Source: a virus. From it: 64,000 bases of DNA. The DNA lies in IMG/VR virus record IMGVR_UViG_3300050016_000310, one strand, 5' to 3'. The position numbers were made by a program, and so were the translations under genes. Each line of letters begins with the position of its first letter. Position 1 is the first letter of the stretch. Shown here in pieces: positions 58,448 through 64,000 of this stretch. Under the pieces are notes generated by a model. That model did not search any database and had not been told where the DNA came from. It worked only from the letters and a program-made list of their open reading frames with translations.

Positions 58448-60028
58448 GTGAATCGGATGATCTACTGGCAGCGTCGTCTCTCGTGTCTTGTCGGGCTCCA
58501 TCACCATCTCCTCAATACGCCGGACGGGGTGCTGGGCCTCCGGGGCAGGACGGTTGAAGGTCCGGATGCCCGTCCGGATGCCCGAGGTAGGTCCTGCGTC
58601 GGCTTCCCTCCCACCGCCTTGGACCCTACGGGCCGTTGCCCGGACCAACCGCACTACCACGAGCAGGATGATCCTTACCTGACCTGGATAACCTGGATAC
58701 CCGGACATGATGAGATTGGAAGGGTTTGTCAACGGGGCCTCCAGGACAGGATTGAGACCGACCGGCAGATCCGGGCGCAAGCTGTCGAGCAGGCCGCCTC
58801 ACCCAAGCCCATCGTCGCCCAGCTGTCGGAGGATGCGACGGCGCGAGTTTGGTTTAATCAGGGGGCGTGGGCGGATCCGAAGGTGAATGGCCTGCCGGGG
58901 GCCAGCTGGGCGTGGGCGCCTACCCGATGGATTCGGCTGGCTGAGGGGACGCCGGAGCAGTGCTTGGAGTTCGTGGAGAAGAACCGGAAGGGTGCGGGCG
59001 CGCCTGCTGCCTATTACGAGGTCCTGACGATGGAGGGGAGGCGGCTCAAGACTCGGGAGGAATCGGAATCGGAGCTGACGCGAGCCACTCAGCGGGCCTT
59101 GGAGCTGGAAGCTCGCCAGCAGGATCTCCAGGCCCGCCAGGACGCATCCGCGTCTCAGGAGGCTCAGGAGAAGCCGGTGGGGCTGCCGGGGCCTGTTGAG
59201 CCCCTTATCGTCCCTGGCGCCCCTGGGGAGAAGCCGGTGCTGCCTCCTGGTCATCTCGGTCCTTCGCCGAGCAAGCTTCGGCGGATTGAGGAGAACCGGA
59301 AGCGTCTGGGTGATTGGCCGGTCGGGAAGGAGCTGGTGACGTTATCTCGGAACGAGTGGATGAGGATCTGGTTGGCGGTCCGCACGTTGCGGGATTCGAG
59401 CTTCCCCACCTACTTGACTTCGGAAGAGCTGTCTAAGTTTGAACGGATTTGGTGGGAGCTGGGGGTGATGCGGGAGGCGGAGCGGTTGGAGCGATTGGAG
59501 ACGGCGCCCCTCCCGCCCAACTTCAGTCGGTGTCCCGAGGGGGTTCATTCCCATCCAGGGGCGGGGCAGGACGACTTCAACGCCATGCCGGGGCCGGATC
59601 CTGAGACCGGGTGGACTTGTCCGGCGGGGTGGGGGAAGCGGCCGGTTGGGAAGCCGTGGCGGGTGGCGGGTGAGGCGGTATCGGCGCAGCCCGTCACGGC
59701 GTTACGGGCTCGGATTATTGCGGATGAGGGGGTGCCGAGCGGGTGGGTGACGATTGGGAAGCCGTTGACGTTGGAGGAGGCGGCGCGAGCGGAGGCGTTG
59801 TCGCCGGGCGAGGTGGCGGCGGCGCAGGTCCGGTGGGTGGAGATGACTCGGGCGGAGGCTGACCGGGAGCATGCGCGACAGGAGAAGGGCCTGGGGGGTC
59901 GTTGGGATTGGGATGATGGATTGGAGGCGAAGCTTCGGATCATTGAGGAGGCGATTGAGAGCCCGGCGGGTCAGCGGGCGTTGGGCGCGGTCATACGGCG
60001 GCTGAAGAAGGAATTTAAAGATGAATAA
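58448..60028 (+). CDS. Hypothetical protein (start uncertain)
   Basis: 526-aa ORF; stop overlaps the next gene. Confidence 0.55.
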   Translation: MNRMIYWQRRLSCLVGLHHHLLNTPDGVLGLRGRTVEGPDARPDARGRSCVGFPPTALDPTGRCPDQPHYHEQDDPYLTWITWIPGHDEIGRVCQRGLQDRIETDRQIRAQAVEQAASPKPIVAQLSEDATARVWFNQGAWADPKVNGLPGASWAWAPTRWIRLAEGTPEQCLEFVEKNRKGAGAPAAYYEVLTMEGRRLKTREESESELTRATQRALELEARQQDLQARQDASASQEAQEKPVGLPGPVEPLIVPGAPGEKPVLPPGHLGPSPSKLRRIEENRKRLGDWPVGKELVTLSRNEWMRIWLAVRTLRDSSFPTYLTSEELSKFERIWWELGVMREAERLERLETAPLPPNFSRCPEGVHSHPGAGQDDFNAMPGPDPETGWTCPAGWGKRPVGKPWRVAGEAVSAQPVTALRARIIADEGVPSGWVTIGKPLTLEEAARAEALSPGEVAAAQVRWVEMTRAEADREHARQEKGLGGRWDWDDGLEAKLRIIEEAIESPAGQRALGAVIRRLKKEFKDE

Positions 60029-60866
60029 AAATAAACAATCTGGCAAGGGGATGGACCCTCGCGGGAAAATCTGTGCGGGTGAGCCTGATCGCTTACTCTT
60101 TCCGGATCCCAACTCTGTGCAGAGCAACGTGTTGGACCCGGTGCCTCGTGAGGAGTGGCGAGTGCCGCTCGGCACTCCCTATCCAGGCGAAATCATCACG
60201 CCTCCCGAAGAATTGGCCGAACACTCCCAGTGGGCCCGGCGTCCGGAGGATTGTCCGGCGTGTGCCGCCGGGCTCCCCCTGAAGGAGGCTCGCCTGGCGG
60301 TACCGGCGGTACCGAAGGATGTGTTGGAGGGTTGGACGCCGCAGGATTCGGAAGGGTTGAAGCGATTGTGGACCAAGCTTTACTTGGAGTCGCCGAACGA
60401 GGGGGCGGCCCGCGCGAAGCTCTCGGGTGAGATCCAGGTGCTCCGAGTGCGGGAGTCGCCTTTACCTGGGTTTGGTTATGACGTGAACAAACCTGAGAAG
60501 CTGGTACGGGACCGGATTGAGGAGTTCTCGATTGCCGCGCAGGATGGACGCCGGTTCCGGAAGTCGTATGAGATCGAGCGGTTGGGGTTGCTTGCGCGGA
60601 AGCTGGTGGAGGAAGCAAAGGAAGTCCGGCAGGCTCTCATGACTTATTTCACGACTGGCTCCAAGGTGGATCTGCTTGAGGAGTTGGGGGATTTGAAAGA
60701 AGTGATCCTGGCGATTGAGCGGCAGACCATTACGTCTCCTTCGAGGGTGGAGGAGGTTCGGGTAAAGAAGTTGGAGGCGAAGGGTGGGTTTCAGAACGGG
60801 ACCGTGTTGGAGTGTTTGACCGATATCCCGAGGAGTGTTGGGCCGAAGCGAGAGGGGGAGGAGTAA
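60021..60866 (+). CDS. Protein with C-terminal MazG-superfamily NTP pyrophosphohydrolase domain
   Basis: EKLVRDRI...KLVEEAKEV...EELGDLKEV...KKLEAKGGF. Confidence 0.75.
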   Translation: MNKNKQSGKGMDPRGKICAGEPDRLLFPDPNSVQSNVLDPVPREEWRVPLGTPYPGEIITPPEELAEHSQWARRPEDCPACAAGLPLKEARLAVPAVPKDVLEGWTPQDSEGLKRLWTKLYLESPNEGAARAKLSGEIQVLRVRESPLPGFGYDVNKPEKLVRDRIEEFSIAAQDGRRFRKSYEIERLGLLARKLVEEAKEVRQALMTYFTTGSKVDLLEELGDLKEVILAIERQTITSPSRVEEVRVKKLEAKGGFQNGTVLECLTDIPRSVGPKREGEE

Positions 60867-60869
60867 GGG

Positions 60870-61274
60870 ATGGCCAAGCGATGTCCTTTCGGAGTGCATG
60901 ACTGTCCCTGTGGTTGTATGGCAAAGCGGGATTGGCGGCCGGAGCTGATCGACTGGTGGCGTGGGACTCGTGAGGCGTTCTGGTTGATCTTGTGTCTGGG
61001 TGGGGGTTTCGTGTTGGATCTGGGGGAAGCGATGGTGGGATATCTGAAGGATTATTTGAAACGGTTCGTATTATGTCTCGCGTTCTTCGCGTGTTTGGGC
61101 GGTTGTTTCGCGTTACTGCTTTTGATTCCGACTTCGTGGCTTGAGCCAGGGGATCGGTGGTTGCGGTTTCATCCCGGGTACGTGGCGGTCGGGATGTGTG
61201 TATTCTGCTCTGCTTTATTGGCGACGATCGGTGGACCTCGGACGAGGGGGCGGCGCGGGCCGGGGTTGCCATGA
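60870..61274 (+). CDS. Membrane protein
   Basis: Three hydrophobic segments. Confidence 0.6.
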   Translation: MAKRCPFGVHDCPCGCMAKRDWRPELIDWWRGTREAFWLILCLGGGFVLDLGEAMVGYLKDYLKRFVLCLAFFACLGGCFALLLLIPTSWLEPGDRWLRFHPGYVAVGMCVFCSALLATIGGPRTRGRRGPGLP

Positions 61275-61996
61275 GCCCGGCGAGTTTCTTTGGTCAACCG
61301 CTCCGCGAGGGCGGCGCCTGGGTATCGAGTAAGCCGGTTAAACAGATCCCGTTGAGTTTGCGTGCGGTGGATGTGTTGAAGATCTTGAGCGGCAGTCGGA
61401 CGCAGCTGCGTTCGATCGTGAAGGACGCACCCAATCAGCTTCTCCGCGCGCCGATGTGTGATGCCGACGACGGTTACTGGTGGGGGCCGTGGGACGACAC
61501 GCCTCGGGTCGGTTTGGTGGGATCCCGGACCGGATTCAAATGCCCGTATGGAAAGGTCGGAGATTTTTTGTGGGTTCGGGAGGTTTGGACTCAGCCGTTC
61601 CGGCCGATGCACGAGGGCGCGGAGGGGGAGCAATCGGGCGTGATTTATCGGGCGGATGGGCCGGAGCATCACAACTTGGCCGGGCAGGCGCATAGCTGGG
61701 GTAAGGAATACAAGGGGTGGAAGCTGCCTCGGGCGATGCCCCGGTGGGCTTCGCGGCTGACGCTTGAGGTGGGGGCGATCCGGTGTGAGAAACTTCAGCC
61801 GATGAATCTTGAGGATGCCCAACGGGAGGGCTTCGAGTCTCTGGAGGCTTACGCGAAAGATTGGGATAAGCGCCATTCCCGTGAGGGGATCGGGGCCACT
61901 TGGGCTTACAATCCGATCGTTTGGGTTGTGCAGTTCCGGGTCGTACCGCCCTTTTCCCGGCGCAGTCTCTGGTACGGGGGTGACGATGCCAAATGA
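61271..61996 (+). CDS. ASCH/PUA-like phage protein
   Basis: CPYGKVGDFLWVRE...MPRWASRLTLEV...DAQREG...NPIVWVVQF. Confidence 0.75.
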   Translation: MSPASFFGQPLREGGAWVSSKPVKQIPLSLRAVDVLKILSGSRTQLRSIVKDAPNQLLRAPMCDADDGYWWGPWDDTPRVGLVGSRTGFKCPYGKVGDFLWVREVWTQPFRPMHEGAEGEQSGVIYRADGPEHHNLAGQAHSWGKEYKGWKLPRAMPRWASRLTLEVGAIRCEKLQPMNLEDAQREGFESLEAYAKDWDKRHSREGIGATWAYNPIVWVVQFRVVPPFSRRSLWYGGDDAK

Positions 61997-62384
61997 ATCA
62001 GGCCGGTTGACGGAGGCGGAGTTCGAGGGGATACGGGGGCGAGCGCGGCTGCGCGAGGGGACCTTGCCGGATCTGTTGATTCCGAGAGAACACGTGACCC
62101 AGGTGCAGGAGCTGATCCAGCAGGTAGACCAGGATATCCCGGCGTTGCTCCGGCACGTTGATTACCTGGAGGAGCTGGTGCGGGCGCAGCGCGACCAGCT
62201 CCAGTACGCGGGGCGAGATCGTGCGGCGAATGCCGACACTGGGTTTATGCGGCAGCAATTGAACGAAGCGAGAGCGGAGGCGACAGAATGGAGAAGGAAT
62301 TGGAATCAGGCACAACGGGAGATCGAAAGGGTGATTGGGACTCGTTCACAGACATGGATCCTAAAGCTTTGGAGCAAGCTCTAG
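61986..62384 (+). CDS. Coiled-coil hypothetical protein
   Basis: QDIPALLRHVDYL shared with the next gene. Confidence 0.6.
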   Translation: MPNESGRLTEAEFEGIRGRARLREGTLPDLLIPREHVTQVQELIQQVDQDIPALLRHVDYLEELVRAQRDQLQYAGRDRAANADTGFMRQQLNEARAEATEWRRNWNQAQREIERVIGTRSQTWILKLWSKL

Positions 62385-62659
62385 CGCGGCTTACGAAGTA
62401 CGCGGACGATCAATCGCTCGAACACCAGGACATTCGGATCCTGCTCCGGCATCTCAATGAGTTGAAAAAGAAACATCAGGAAGATGTCTTGACAGTCGAG
62501 GCGGCCCTGGCCCAGCTGGAGGTGGTGAAGCGGCAGCTATGGGATGAGGTCGCGCAGCTGAAGGCTCAGACTGAGCGCCAGGCTGAATGGGATTCAAACT
62601 TGGCGGGCTTTGAACAGGGCAAACGGGTGCGTCGTCCTTGGTGGAGGATCTTCGGATGA
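62354..62659 (+). CDS. Coiled-coil hypothetical protein, tandem paralogue
   Basis: QDIRILLRHLNEL; ends PWWRIFG. Confidence 0.6.
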   Translation: MDPKALEQALARLTKYADDQSLEHQDIRILLRHLNELKKKHQEDVLTVEAALAQLEVVKRQLWDEVAQLKAQTERQAEWDSNLAGFEQGKRVRRPWWRIFG

Positions 62660-62774
62660 CAACTCCGATAGAACCTCATCTACCCCTTACCCCTGAGGAG
62701 TTGTCCTTCTGGCGGGCTGCGCTCGATGCCATCCAGCCTCCTAAGCCCGCGACCTAATCGATACCACGAAATAC

Positions 62775-62803
62775 TTGACCTTTTTAATACTCTATGGTAA
62801 CAT
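62775..62803 (+). promoter_or_regulatory. Sigma70-like extended -10 promoter
   Basis: TTGACC-N17-TAACAT with TG at -15/-14. Confidence 0.7.
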
Positions 62804-62809
62804 GACTAG

Positions 62810-63454
62810 ATGCACCCAATTAAAATGAAAAGGCTCAGTAGGTTAGCGGCGCAGCTCAGGCCCCATTACCCTATCGTGGCGGCCGAGCTGGATCTGTTGG
62901 TAGCGGGGGCGTCCAATAAGCCCCATCCCAATCCGGTCCATATCGTGGCGACTGGCGGGCTATCGGAGGTGCTCCAGCGGGTGGTGGTGGGGTTGCAGGG
63001 GCGTCAAGTCCCGTTTGCCTTGGCTGGGGGTCTTGCGGTGATCTCCTGGGTGGATCTTCGCAAGTCCTTGGACATTGATTTTGCGGTCGTGGGTGAAGCA
63101 CTCCCTGCCGTTCAGCAGATGTTTCCTGGCGGTGCTGATCTTCCGATCATGTACACGACCAACCTGGCAGGAGTAGATGTCGATTTTTTAAAACCTTTGG
63201 GAGCATGGACCGAGCAGGCCATCGCGACGGCGGTCGTTCGGACCGTTTTGGGCGTTCAGGTGCCGGTCGTGTTGCCGGAGTATTTGATCCTGTACAAATT
63301 CCTGGCGGCACGAGAGCGAGATGTTGAGGATATCGTGGGTTTACTTTCTCTGCCGAAGGTGCCGGGTCGCGCCCGGGATCTGATCATTCAATACATGCCG
63401 GAAGAAATTGAAGACTTCGACCAACTGGTAGCTGAAGCGGAATTTGGAGTTTAA
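62810..63454 (+). CDS. Nucleotidyltransferase (DUF6036/AbiEii-like)
   Basis: FALAGGLAV...KSLDIDF...LILYKFLAARERDVED. Confidence 0.75.
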   Translation: MHPIKMKRLSRLAAQLRPHYPIVAAELDLLVAGASNKPHPNPVHIVATGGLSEVLQRVVVGLQGRQVPFALAGGLAVISWVDLRKSLDIDFAVVGEALPAVQQMFPGGADLPIMYTTNLAGVDVDFLKPLGAWTEQAIATAVVRTVLGVQVPVVLPEYLILYKFLAARERDVEDIVGLLSLPKVPGRARDLIIQYMPEEIEDFDQLVAEAEFGV

Positions 63455-63762
63455 CGAATGGCATCCTCAGAAACGAAACCCCGTGAACTCCTGACTCCCC
63501 GTGAACTCCTGACTCCCGAGGAGTTGTCTTATTGGCAGAGCAGCACGGGCTAAGGAAACTATTTTCTAGGGTGGGCATTCATATCCACAAAGTAAAGGAA
63601 GAAGCCTTGTTGGAACGCATGGGCCACCACTGAAGACCAAAAGCGGCGGCCTCCGGGAGTTTGAATTCGATCCGTGCAGATCAACCCGGTCTTATTAAAA
63701 AGATCATGCTGCCCCACTAGACTGCGCCTGACTTCGATTTGAAAATCGGGTTGTGCTAATAC

Positions 63763-63966
63763 TCATTTAATCTCCACCACGCTTTTGTAATCAAAAGAAA
63801 CCAACCCGTGACCACTTGTTTTCCAATCCGTACCTTCTGGTTGCTTTAGGGTTACTTGTCCTAATTCTGGGAGATCTCGGATAAATTCTAATACCTGTCC
63901 ATCAAAATTCTTACCAAAACCTAGCCCTGAGCTATCTAACACCCGGAAGTAGCGTATTTTTTTCAT
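63763..63966 (-). CDS. Hypothetical small protein
   Basis: AGGAGAGG RBS; AT-rich. Confidence 0.55.
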   Translation of the reverse strand: MKKIRYFRVLDSSGLGFGKNFDGQVLEFIRDLPELGQVTLKQPEGTDWKTSGHGLVSFDYKSVVEIK

Positions 63967-64000
63967 ATAAGATAAAATCCTCTCCTAAAATACTTTACCA

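Noticed and set aside
63560-63762. Minus-strand frame beginning VLAQPDFQ
   Set aside because: Preceded by an in-frame stop with no start codon; too weak to call a gene or another tag instance

Overview
This looks like a 64-kb stretch of a large lytic dsDNA phage genome (jumbo/huge, probably myovirus-like). It is GC-rich, uses standard code 11 and shows no host housekeeping genes, rRNA or recognisable tRNA. The left part mixes virion genes with a replication/recombination module. The virion genes are two collagen-like G-X-T fibres, a Gly-rich fibre, a putative prohead protease, a GT2/TPR/GT9 glycosyltransferase and a papain-like peptidase. The replication genes are RuvC-like, clamp loader, DnaB, clamp-like, SbcD and HNH proteins. 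The standout is an RNA-guided TIGR-Tas-type system. A 486-aa Nop/IS110-C-terminal-like protein with no visible nuclease domain (35858-37318) is followed by three separate dual-repeat arrays (~37400-38210, ~40540-41885, ~42995-43575). These hold about 75 units of ~36 nt, alternating TGCGAGCC-like and TGAAACCC-like repeats with ~9-10-nt spacers. Small cargo genes separate the arrays, and arrays 2 and 3 end in hairpin terminators. A second unexplained signal is a shared YPxLxxVLA peptide on about ten unrelated proteins (ADP-ribosyltransferase-like, PcfJ-like and others), possibly a capsid-targeting or cleavage tag. The right part holds many small genes, a second PAPS-reductase-like gene, a minimal tyrosine recombinase beside a 22-bp-arm palindrome, and a GC-skew switch near 58.5 kb. 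All family assignments come from motif recognition by eye; no database searches were run.
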